Below, one piece after another: positions 50,301 to 61,815 of a stretch of 64,000 nucleotides of DNA; position 1 is the first letter of the stretch, and every line of letters starts with the position of its first letter. A program made the position numbers and the translations under genes. The notes beneath the pieces were generated by a model, which saw only the letters and a list, made by a program, of their open reading frames with translations, searched no databases and was not told the origin of the DNA. Source of the stretch: Azolla caroliniana (Eukaryota > Plantae > Polypodiophyta); the NCBI GenBank assembly GCA_043228905.1, contig JBHGNT010000018.1, positions 13,764,001 to 13,828,000 on the forward strand, given 5' to 3'.

Positions 50301-53300
50301 TTTTAATTGCCTTTTGGATCTCTTTGCTTGGTTTCCATGCTATTCTAGGAAGTCATGAGGGTTCCTTTTGAACCTTAAACATGTACGCAATAACCTTTCC
50401 ATGCGACTTGGAAGTCATGAGGGTCTTTTTTGAACCTTAAACATGTACTCAATAACCCTTTCCATAGGCATGTTCTTAGTGAGACGTGATCTCTTCTCAA
50501 GATGTAGGAGGATGTATTACATGCTTTTTTGGCTTGAAGAGACTTTGTAAGACAGTTCTTTTGAACATTTTCAAACTCTTCCCAAATAGACTTAGGAACG
50601 TGACTGCTCCATACTTCCGCCCCATAGATTGTTGCTGTTGCTACCAAATTGTTGGAAAGATATTTCGTCCCAACATAATAAGCTCTCTTTCCCACCTCTA
50701 AGCAACAGGTAGGACATTCATTCCATCCATGTCAAGGGAACTTCGACACCAAGGTATATAAATCTTTCCATAGTTTTAAGTGGCTCATTATTGTACATAA
50801 TGCTTGGTTTAGCCTTATTTTTGTTCCTCACAAGCATTTTCTTCATTTTAGAGCTATTGACACTCAACTTAGTACGCATGGAAAACTTTTCCAATGCTCT
50901 CGTAAGCTTTTATGCATCTTCTAAAGTATTTGCAAACAACATCACATCATCTATGAACAACAAAAGTACGGTGACTACATTCCCATTGGAGACTTCTATA
51001 TGCCTTCTTTGTCTAGAATTTTGTAACTATTTGTTCTAATTCAACAATGCATAGACTAAATAGAGTTGGTGAATGAGATAGATAGATAGATGGATATCTT
51101 TTTAACATCCATGGGAGACCAATTGTAATCTATGGGATGGGGCTTAGTCCATCGCGAGGATTGAACTTGGGTTTTCTCAATTTTAGGACTTTGACGGTTC
51201 AATGTAAACCACCAAGAGAACGGCCAAAGAGATTTTATTGTTGCTCCCTAAGATTAGAATTGACGTATGAGAAGATTAAAAGAGAGAGAGAAAGAAAGAA
51301 AGATATATTAACGTCTTTTAAGAGGCCAAAAATGGCCTATAAGACCAAATAAGAGATTACATCTTGAGTGTTGTCTCGTTTTTGAGAACAAATCAAAATA
51401 AAATAAATACTACACAGTAAATATAAAAGTAAGTAAGATGAAAAGAGAAGAAACGAGGGAATTTGGTTTTTGGCACATGTGAGATTCTCAAGTTAGGTAT
51501 ATTGTAGCTTTTGTCTTCGAAAGATCTCTAGCATAGGTCGATCTAGAATGGAAATGTCTCCAAAGCAAGGGAAGCACCTACGATGGCGGGAGATAATGGC
51601 TTTTATCTGTCGATGACAAGGGTGTCGAGGTCGTGGTCCATGGGGGCAGGGCCTCCGTGCACGACAAATTGCTATTGCCCGATCAATTGTAACCCCTTTG
51701 TTATGTCCTGGTTTGGAGCCCATTTGTGTATCCCGTGATGGACTTGTAGGATTAGTAAGAGTGATGGGGCTAAAGAAAGTTGTGATTGTTCTTTGTGTAT
51801 GAGCTTGTGTGGCTGTATTCTTCAACAACTTTTCCCGATGTCTCTTGAGCTCTAGCAAGAAAAGTCCTAGGCATCGTTGGTCCTCATATTCCATTACCTT
51901 GCGTAGTGGGCCAAAGCCTTGTTTAAAGAGGCAATGGTATCTCCCTCTGATTTCATAAAAGACACTACAATGACAAACATAGTGTTCCTTAGATTCCACT
52001 CCTTGATGACACAATTGGCAAATTCTCTCTTCTAGATGTAGTCATGTATATCTGCCTACCTCAATTTGTAGCTGATGTGATGAAGTTCTTAGCTGCCCTA
52101 TCACACTACGTAGCGCACAGGATAGATGTATGTCCATATAAGGTGGCCTGATGACGAATCCATCCTCTGATGTATGTAAGAAGTGCGTCTTATAGTGAGC
52201 CATCTTTGTACCAAGTGGTATTTTGGGGCTGATCCATGTTATCTTGTTTTCCAAGTTAATAATATCAGACCGGATCACTCTATTCTTTTCCACTTTGGTC
52301 ATATTTAGGTGGGGATAGTCCAAGCTATATTGGAACGGCGGTAGTGCATTTATACTCATGCCATGTGACTCGAACCATTGCTGCATTTCAGCATACCAAC
52401 AATGAGTGTCTCCATTTTCAGCTAGTTGTCTTGATGACATAAGTGCCAACCTTGGGTACCTTCGTTTAGGTAGCTCCCAAAGACATTGGATAAATGTCAC
52501 TGATGGGAACAATGCCTCGGTTATTATAAGTGCTGCTCCCATCTCTGCCCGGATTATATCGTGGGGCACCGATGCTTTGCTCCTTATCATGCGAGCAATC
52601 ATTGACACTAAAGGTCTCTCTAAACCTTTCCAATGATTTGCCTTGTTAAGACTTGGTCCCCATGTTTCTACTCCATAGAGAAGAGTTGGTGTGACAAGTG
52701 TATCAAATAACCATAGCTTAGTCCGTGGCTCTTGGAACTGCAAATCTGCACATTGTCTCTCGAGAGCACCAAGGGCTGCATATCCATGAGAAAGTCGGGC
52801 ACAAGCAGCCTCCTGTAAGGAGAACCTAGGTCCTGTAAATGTTACTCCTAGGTATGTGTAGGAGCGTGTGTATTCCACCTTTTCCTCTCCCAAGAAGAAT
52901 TTTGGTTTTGATCTTGTTACCCATGCTTGAGTGGTGTTAAACACCATCACTTTAGTTTTGTCCATGTTGATATATTAACGTCTTCTAAGATCAAAATTGG
53001 CCCATGAGACAATTGGTTTACAACAAAAATGGGGTATTTACCCATTCATCGAAAATAAAAATAAAATAAGACTTAAGCTAAAGAGTTCTAGAAAAAACAT
53101 GTCCTATAAAGGAAATGCTTTATACTAGGCCTAGTTTCATTTCCATCCAAGTCTGTCGAAAAGAAGTGGGAGGTCAAAGGGTTTTGATGTGGATGTGGCC
53201 CGCGGTCCCAATATAAAAGGTACCCCAACCATAGCTTCTAGGTGGCGCAGCTCATGTTCCCTTATCTTTTTAATTGTTTCTACTCCACGTCAAGTTCTTT

Positions 53301-55868
53301 GAAGCTTGACATCCGAGGGCGTTTGGTTCTTTGCTTTTTTGCTTCAGCAAGGGAGAGGCCGAATGGTGTAGGTGTGTCCACATTCATTTGAAGGGCAACA
53401 CGAGGATTAGGCTTTAGGTCAACTAGAGAGGGAGAGAGTTTGAGTGAGAGATAAAGGGAGAGAGAGAGAGATGCACGCTGTCTTGGGTACAAAGAGTGTA
53501 CCACTTTTTTTTGGGTTTTTAGATATTATGTATATACAAGTAAAAAATGTGCTACGAGTGCGTTCATACTCGTGCACTAATAAAAGGCATGATGGCCCTT
53601 TATTCCCAACAACCTCCTCCCACCTAAAGGCAATGTGCCGTGAGAAAAAAAAAAGAAAGTCAGCTAAATCCAAGTATGTACAAAGCTGAACTACATACAT
53701 CTATCCAACTCCCATCATCTGTCGGCAATGAGCAAATCGCTCAGCTCGAAGACCCTTCGTGAGAAGATTTGCAGGATTATTATTTGTATGTACTTTGACA
53801 AGCTCAATGTTCTTGCTGTCAAGTACATCTCTGATGAAGTGATACTTCACCTGTATGTGCTTCGTCTTTGCATAAAAGACGGGATTCCGAGCTAGCATGA
53901 TAGCACTCTGACTGTCACAATGAAGAATAGGTAACTCCGTAATGCCAAGATCTCTCACTAGATATGAAAGCCATGAAGCCTCCTTGCATGCCTCAGTGGC
54001 AGCAACATACTCTGCCTCTGTAATAGACAATGCAACTCACTTTTGTAGTCTGGAGATCCAAGAGACTGCTCCTCCTGTGAAAGTAAACACATACCCAGAA
54101 GTAGACTTTCTGCAGTCCGCGTGACCAGCATAGTCTGCATCCGTAAAACCAATGACAGATGCCTTTTGCTTTCCAAAGCAAATGCACAAGTCCTTTATGC
54201 CTTTGAGGTATCTCATAATACCTTTCACCGCTTCCCAATGCTTTTTTTTGGGGTTTGCCATGTACCTACTAACCACTCCCACTGCAAAAGCAATATCAGG
54301 GCGTGTAGCAACCATCACATATATCAAACTACTAACGGCGGAAGCATATGGAACTTTAGCCATTTCAGCCTTCTCATCATCAGATGTAGGGCTGTCTTCT
54401 GCACTGAGTTTCAAATATGGAGGCAATGGAATCCCAATTGTTTTCCCCCCTCCATATTGAAACGCTGCAAAACCTTAGAGATATACTCCTGTTGAGATAG
54501 AAAGAGTACCCCTTTTGACCGGTTTCAGAGTATTCACATGCCAAGGATGTGATTTGCATCACCAAGATCCTTCATATCAAAGCTGCCATGAAGGCTTTGC
54601 TTCAATGAATCCAAGGCATGAATATCCTTGCCAGCAATCAACATATCATCAACATACAAAACCAAGATAATCAGGCTGCCATCTGCTGCCTTCTTGGTGT
54701 ACAAGCAGTGGTCCACTTGACTTCTACGAAAACCTTGAGACTGCATAAATGTATCAAATTTATGATACGATTCTCTTGGTGCTTGTTTCAACCCACACAA
54801 ACTCCTTTTGAGGTTACAAACCATCTTCTCTTTGCCTTTAGCCACAAAACCTTCAGGCTGCTGCATATATATGTCTTCATGTAGATCGCCATGTAAAAAG
54901 TTAGTCTTCGTATCCATTTGTATGAGCTCCATATCTTCAACTGCAACTAGACCCAAAATGGTTCTTCATGTAGTCATCTTAACTACAGGAGAGAAGATCT
55001 CATCAAAATCAACTCTATATTCCTGCTTTTATCCTTTTGCAACCAATCTTGCTTTGTACTTTGGCGAGGAGTCAGAAATGACCTTCATTTTATAAACCCA
55101 TTTGCATGGAAGTGTTTTCTGCCCTTTAGGCAACTGCACCAAATCCCAAGTGTCATTTTTCTCAAGAGATTCCATCTCTGACAACATGGCTTTATGCCAT
55201 TTCTTATTGTCCTATCTGTCCATTGCTCCTTGAAGCAAGACGGTTCGCTACAATCAGTCACCATGACATAATCAGCCACACTGTTTGCATCAGGAACAAA
55301 TCTGTCAGGCTGTCTAGTAACTCTAGATGATCTCATAACCCATTGCTCATTGTTTGATTGCTGTTGAGCCTGCAAATCATCATTTTCAACTTGCTGTCCA
55401 GGCATTTCAGCCTGCAAATCAGCATTAACAGCTTGTTGTTCTAGCCATTCTTGCACATTTGGTGGCTCATCGTTATTGGCAAAGGCTGGCTGATCATTTC
55501 CAACCTCATTTTCTGCATTTGCAGGTAAGTTTACAGCAGGTGTTTGCTGCTGTACAGCGGGCACATTTTCCTGTCTAAAAGGTATTTCTTCTCGGAATAC
55601 AACCCTACGTACTTCCTCAGAGGTTGTTTATGCATGCGATTTTCCCGGAATATAACATCATTGTTGCGTGCTATTTTTCTTTTCTCGGGATCCCACAATC
55701 TATACCCCATTTCACCCTCGTCACCGTATCCTAGGAAAACACTCTAACCTACTCTGTGGAAAAAGAAATGTGACTTGCTCTAACATGCTCTGCTCTGATA
55801 CTAGTTTGAAGGGCAACACGAGGATTAGCGTTTAGGTCAACTAGAGAGGGAGAGAGTCTGAATGAGAG

Positions 55869-55921
<53 letters not shown>

Positions 55922-58900
55922 TGCATGCTGTCTTGGGTACAAAGAGTGTATGTACCACTTTTTTTTTGGTTTTTAGATATTATGTATATACAAGTCAAAA
56001 ATGTGCTACGAGTGCGTTCACACTTGTGCACTAATAAAAGGCACGATGGTCCTTGTTCCTAAAAAGTTTCATTAGTTACATGTTGGTGAATATTAGAATG
56101 GTTATGATTAACATTTGGTATCTTATTCTCTCTATGTTGTTTTTGCACTAGGATATACCTACCTAGTCTCTTTATATCTAGGGTATCTAATAGTTTGGAG
56201 AGGGTGGGAGAGGGTCTTAGTATGTCATGATATTTCGCCCTTATCTCGGCGTAAGTTGAACACTTGCATGTAAAGTGATACTCATCCTTTATCTCTATGT
56301 GACATAATCTACATATCCTTTCCTCCCTAAGGACTCTATTAGTACGACCATTCCCAATCTCAAGTTGGTGAGATGATATCCTAAGTTGTCCAATGACAAC
56401 CCTTAGTGCATTTGATAATAATGTATCTAGATATTTTGGTCATGTAATAAAACCTAACTGAGAGAAGTGCATGAAGTGTTCCTTATAGTACAACATTTTA
56501 GATGGGAGTGGCTCTCGTGGGGTGATCCATTTATATCGAGTGTAAATTTGCCATATTTCTTGGCGTATTACTTTATTATGGTCCTCATTAGAGATTAAAA
56601 ATTTATCTGTCCTATGGTTGTACTTAAGGGGAGGTAGGTTATTAATGTCTATGCCATTTGCAAGTAACCAACTCACTACAGTGCTATACCAAGAGCCGGT
56701 ATCTTTGGACGCATATAGGGATCAGGATGCCTCAAAAGCTTGATAAGATATCCTATCTTGTGGTTGGCTATGTATCCTATGAATAAAAATTACAAGTTGG
56801 AAAAGTGCATCTACTAACATCGGGGGCAAAGTGAACTATGCTCTAATAGTGTCATGTGGTACTATCGATTTGCTTCGGGGTTGACATGATAACATCGTCA
56901 CCAAAGGTCTCTCTAATTGCATCCACATGATAGATGGTAGACTTGGAGCCCAAACTGCTGATGCATACATGGGGGAAGGGGTCACTAATGAGTTGAAGAG
57001 CCATCCCTTAGTCTGTGGTTCTTGAAAGTATGCCTGGTGACATTGTCTCTTTAAGAGTAAGAGGGATGCATACCCTCTCGTTAGCCTATCTTTGGCTGCC
57101 TGGGTCATCGAGAATTTACCTGAGCAAGCACTAAACGTGACTCCTAGACATACATATGATCCAACTACCTCAACTGGTTTATGAGAGATATATATTGACG
57201 TCCCCCATAAGCAGATTTCTTTTCTTTTAATGCAAAATGGAAAATTGATTAAGTAATTTTCATAACTAAGCTTTGTAAGGGGCTTGTCCTTGTAGGAATT
57301 GTCTTTATGTCACATAGTCTTACAATAGCTTAAGAGGGTTTACCTTGCCATAAGTTCCACTCTATTGTAGTAAAGACAGCAAGGGTTTTTTGTTATCTTC
57401 ATGTTCTGATAATATACAGAATATTTCTATTGGAGATTGAGCGAGAGAAGCTAGCCACTATAAAAGAAGAAAGAGAGACTAAATTTCCCCAACTGAATTC
57501 TAGTGATTGTAGGAGAGATTGCGAACTTTGTAGCATATGCATTTGCGGCTGCAATTTTGGTCACTCCACTTGGTGCTCTCAGCATTATTGTTAGGTAATG
57601 CATAAAATTTTGTTTATGATTGCAGTGTCTTTACTTCAAGCTGCATCATTTTAGCATTATTTAATTATTAGTAACTGTATATTTGTAGTGCTGGTCTAGC
57701 TCATGTAATGTTGAAAGAGAAGTTGAATAAGCTTGGTGTATTGGGCTGTGTTATGTGCATTGTGGGATCTGTGGTAATCGTACTTCATGCACCACAAGAA
57801 CGCACTATTTCTTCAGTGACAGAAATATGGAATCTGGCAACACAACCAGCATTTCTTCTGTATGCAGCATCGGTTATTGCAATTGTATTGGTCCTTATAT
57901 TCCATTTTGCTCCAACGTGGGGCCATACTCATGTGATGGTGTTTGTTGGCATATGCTCCTTGATGGGTTCGTTGTCGGTATGATTTCTTTTCCCATTGTA
58001 TTATGACTCTCTGCACGAAATCCAGAAAAATCAGAATACTGATTTAGGAAACAATGAAGGTGATGAGTGTCAAGGCATTAGGGATTGCTATCAAGCTAAC
58101 ATTTGAAGGGGAGAATCAGTTCACATATTGGGAGACATGGCTTTTTCTGATGGTGGTTGTCACATGTATAGTTACTCAAATGAACTATTTGAACAAGGTA
58201 ATAAAGTTCCATGTCAATGTTCTTTGGGTCTTGGCCTATCCCGAGAAACGCTGAGATATTCTTTATTTGGTGTGTAGGCACTGGATTCATTCAATACTGC
58301 AGTTGTTTCTCCCACCTACTATGTGATGTTCACATCTCTCACGATAGTAGCAAGCGTGATCATGTTCAAGGTAAGGTCTAAAGAATAAGTTACAGCCAAG
58401 ATGTTTTACAACATATTTAAATTTTGTGTGGACATTGTATGGTATACCAGGCAGTATACCAAGCATACTAGCCATGTACATTCTTTAATAGATATTGATA
58501 TGCAGGACTGGGATGGCCAAACTGCTACAAATGTGGTCTCAGAAATCTGTGGGTTCATCACAATTTTATCTGGAACAATTTTACTACATTCGACAAAAGA
58601 CTCCAGTGACAACAGAAGGTCAGGGATAAGTAAGTACTATAAAAATCTACTCAGGTCCATTAGATTGAATGTTATTTAAAAAAGCATCTTAATTGTATGC
58701 TACATAGAGGGTTTCTTTGAGTGAAGACCTCTTTTTCTTTGTGAATGAAACATCTCTTGGTTATCAAATCTCAACAATCAACAGGCCCAACTTCAAAGGT
58801 CCTATCAAGTGTGCTCATATAACATTCCAAGCGAACCTCTGTGTAGGATCATGCCTGTTGACATGTAAGATTCTTTAGCCTGGAAAGCCTTATTGGTATT

Positions 58901-59608
58901 AAAATAAGATTTACATCAGTATTTTGATCTCAATGCATGCCATTTTGTGTGTTACGGGAAGATACAACTAATAATACAAGGGCAGTCACTTTTTCAAACC
59001 TTGAGCGTCAAATTTCTCATTGTGTAAAGGCAATGTACAAACTAAAATACAAGGGGAGTCACTTTTTCTTTTGCATCATGGCCACCATCTGAGTTACCTA
59101 TGCTCAGATTTTGTAGCATATCCAATGATATGATTAGAAGATTTGCCTATGTTTCTAATGAATCATAAACCAAGTTATCCAAACATAATTGCTGAGAAAA
59201 ACTTTCCATAGACTTATGAAATTGCCTCTTCTAAACAATGATAAACCTTGTTGAAGGTAAGGTAACGAAAATAACACTCTTTAAAACTAAAGTAACCTCA
59301 AGGTCATTTCCTCGTAAACTCATTTTTTGTGGGTTCTCACATCAGTTTGAGATTTCCCGTTACTAAAATGATGTATTATTAAGAATATAATGGATACATG
59401 AATCAAATCTATCAAGAACCTTGAATGAGATCATCCTAAAATTTTGTGGAAAAATGGATTAGCTGCAGGTGTGTATTCACCTCTATCACCATCAATTTCG
59501 GCACGATTCAGCAATGGAATAGTAGATGTGGTGAAACTCCCAGAGGAAGATGAGATGCCTCCATCGAACATCCATCTACGTCGACATGATCTGTTTCCCG
59601 CTCCATAA
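44176..59608 (+). CDS. NIPA: Probable magnesium transporter, NIPA/DUF803 family; 8 exons, 367 aa
   Basis: join(44176-44347,44441-44497,57504-57594,57689-57977,58060-58197,58278-58370,58506-58629,59469-59608) = 1104 nt, all introns GT-AG and in frame. Motifs: [60 protein letters not shown]. Confidence 0.93.
44441..44497 (+). CDS. NIPA: NIPA exon 2
   Basis: cctag| [19 protein letters not shown] |gtattctt. Confidence 0.9.
45130..45480 (-). mobile_element. Degenerate RTE-X-like LINE fragment (post-RT region) in intron 2
   Basis: Minus strand reads [24 protein letters not shown], homologous to 50375-50695. Confidence 0.55.
45590..46255 (-). mobile_element. RTE-X-like LINE 3' fragment
   Basis: [21 protein letters not shown]-terminal zinc finger; close paralog of 51493-52170. 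Confidence 0.78.
46270..48420 (-). mobile_element. Internally deleted RTE-X-like LINE (ORF1-like coiled coil, APE endonuclease, duplicated C-terminal segment)
   Basis: IWLKI...GCYIPH...VFGDINAHT endonuclease motifs (47374-47694); ~235-bp tandem duplication at 46740-47180. Confidence 0.65.
48435..49830 (-). mobile_element. 5'-truncated RTE-X-like LINE with a (TTTC)n tail
   Basis: ORF 48658-49830 contains [11 protein letters not shown]...[16 protein letters not shown]; the minus strand ends GACGTTAATATATC(TTTC)n. Confidence 0.8.
49930..51070 (-). mobile_element. Degenerate RTE-X-like LINE fragment (RT C-terminal half)
   Basis: LLFIDDV RT motif at ~50945-50965; [10 protein letters not shown] in 50375-50695. 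Confidence 0.65.
51281..52967 (-). mobile_element. 5'-truncated RTE-X-like LINE with microsatellite tail
   Basis: KTKVMVF...YTYLGV...LLYGVETWG...[11 protein letters not shown] (52042-52965), zinc finger (51493-52014), tail GACGTTAATATATC(TTTC)n. Confidence 0.82.
52969..57178 (-). mobile_element. RTE-X-like LINE (sister of 48435-49830), split by a Copia insertion
   Basis: 52969-53388 and 56055-57178 are collinear with 48470-49830 once 53389-~56055 is removed. Confidence 0.78.
53389..56059 (-). mobile_element. Internally deleted Ty1/Copia element (Tnt1/Tork-like) lacking gag, PR and the IN core
   Basis: LTRs at 53389-53611 and 55807-~56059; PBS TAGTATCAGAGC (55803-55792); PPT at 53612-53625; retains the IN C-terminus, RT (LYVDDM) and RNase H (CDSQSA...KTKHI). 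Confidence 0.87.
57504..57594 (+). CDS. NIPA: NIPA exon 3
   Basis: ttctag| [31 protein letters not shown] |gtaatg. Confidence 0.9.
57689..57977 (+). CDS. NIPA: NIPA exon 4
   Basis: tgtag| [12 protein letters not shown]...[10 protein letters not shown] |gtatga. Confidence 0.92.
58060..58197 (+). CDS. NIPA: NIPA exon 5
   Basis: gaag| [14 protein letters not shown]...QMNYLNK |gtaata. Confidence 0.9.
58278..58370 (+). CDS. NIPA: NIPA exon 6
   Basis: tgtag| [31 protein letters not shown] |gtaagg. Confidence 0.92.
58506..58629 (+). CDS. NIPA: NIPA exon 7
   Basis: tgcag| DWDGQ...[10 protein letters not shown]...SGI |gtaagt. Confidence 0.85.
59469..59608 (+). CDS. NIPA: NIPA exon 8 (stop)
   Basis: tgcag| [13 protein letters not shown]...[10 protein letters not shown]; phase matches the exon 7 donor. 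Confidence 0.8.
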
Positions 59609-61815
59609 ATAAATAAAAAATATATAATTTATGTTATTCATTCTTTGGAGGGCTGAAATTCAGCATGTATTTATATAAATGAGCTGGGTTGGGGTTAACA
59701 TCGAAAGCCCAGTCAATCTCTCGAAGAGAAGAAAAAATGAGCTGAAGTTGCAACTAACAAAGCATTGCCAAGCAAATAACGTTTAGTTGAGTTAAGGTTT
59801 TTTACGATGGAGAACACAAATTATGGCTCATTCTTTCTAGAGAACCTCTTGCAAAATGAGAGACACATCATCCACAAAGACAGCGAAAGGACCTTCCATC
59901 TGTTCCCTTGTACAGCAAAAACCATGAAAATATGATTCATTTTCCTGAAATGAAGAATTGGGATGTTTGGTATCTCACCATAAAGTCATCTGAAGGGGAT
60001 ATGGAACACATCTTTTTGTTGATATTATTGAAAACTTAGTTATGTTGTAGTCAGTGATTGGTTCCTTTTTACATACTCTGCCAGAGGAGCCCGGGTTTAA
60101 CATTGGAATACAAGCAGTATATCCTCAAATCAAAGTCTTTCTGTTGAAATACTTGTTCTCTATATCTATACACTGGAGTACTTGTGAAGCAGGCACTAGT
60201 ATGTTAGAAATATAAGAAATATAATGGCATCTTGTGGGTGAACTTTCACATATTTGAGAGAATTTTACAATGACTTAACAAATATAATTGATTTGGCTGT
60301 TATTTTGTCTTATTCCTACTACAGTATTGTTTTTGCAGCAAATCACAATCTATGCTTCACAAGTATAAAAGATACATGCAATGCCTTGAGAGAATGTCAA
60401 TACAAAATTAGAAAAATACAATACATACGACTTCAAGTATTCTAACATGCCTTGATCTTTGAAAGGTAATGTGTTATGAAACCAAATGCCTATAAATCTT
60501 ATACTAGTCTACTATAATACATCAAAATGATCACTTGCTTGATATTAGCCAATGACAAACATTAATCTAGAGTGATGGATCATGGAAATGACCACCTTAT
60601 TTACATTTAGTTCTATGTTGCCTACAACACAAGTATCAACTACCTCTTAGTCAAAATTGAAACATTTTGTAACTGTACATATCAAGTAGTGTCAAGCCTT
60701 GTATTTATATATTATAAAATATTGTAACTACCACTAAGTTAAAATTCATAAGCTTTCAATGAAAGCATATGTTTAATCATTCAATTGCTATTAAGACATT
60801 TTGTAATCAAGATTTGGTTAAGACTAATGCATGGTATTAAGAGAGATTGAGGACATTTGGAGAAATAGGTTTTGATTAACTAGGAAGCAAGTACGCAATA
60901 GAATGGAGCTCAAATATCTTACTATGTCTATATCTAATTAGGAGCAACACTCTACTAATGAGGGCCAAATAGTCTAAGGGTTCTCTCTTTCGATTAGTGC
61001 TATACCTCTTTACATCCTTCTTCAACTAAAAGGTGGGTGATGGGTGTGCCAATGTGTATTGTACTAATGACTTATGGAACAAAAAGTGGTCAATTATGAC
61101 AATTTTCCCTTACAAACATCATATATTATAAAATTGTATTACCAGTTGTAATGCCTATGGATTATATTATTACTCGTTATTGAGAGCATCTTTATAGTTG
61201 TATTTGGTCGATTCATGAAATGTTAATGTCTATAGAATGGCCAACACCTAACACACGTGTGGGACAACAATATAGCCTCAAACAAGTAAAAACAAAAACA
61301 AAAACTAGTGAGGCACCACACCCATGTCCCTTTACAATTGGAGTGTGTAATTGTAGGCGACTTTGGATCATGTCAGGGATTCTGCGAGGAATTGGCAAGG
61401 ACTTTCTGTACTTCATCTTTCAAGGTGGGCTTGGCAAAGAGCTACAATTGAAGACTTTGATAGGTTTCGTCTAGTACTTTGAGCAAGGTGACCACTTATA
61501 GCACCATGTAATTGCATTCGATCTTGGATCAAAATTTAGCCATCTTATCAATGACCAAGTAGTAAACAACTTTATCATCCACCTCTAGATTCTCATGGTT
61601 GATGTGGAGAATGAGCAATTCCACAATATTTGACATTGTTTCAAGGTGGCGACAGTAGCGTATGTTCGATAGTGTGAAAGGCCAAAACAACAATTCCCTC
61701 AAATAATAGGATGTATATAGGCCAAAAAGTGATGCAAGCCCGAATGCCACCAAAAGCAATTTTGTGTGTGTTTTGTGTTGCATTTTCTACTACCCTAAAA
61801 CAAACTAGTCGGCCA

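Noticed and set aside
43027-59075. Short local direct repeats (43027/43058, 44588/44656, ~58965/59035)
   Set aside because: Ordinary slippage or repair duplications of 20-30 bp with no further structure.
60045-60115. tRNA-Gly-like words (CTGCCA...CCCGGGTTTAAC)
   Set aside because: Stems do not form and the boxes are too degenerate.
61213-61790. Short ORFs possibly from an old minus-strand gag
   Set aside because: No recognisable motif survives, so it cannot be supported from the sequence alone.
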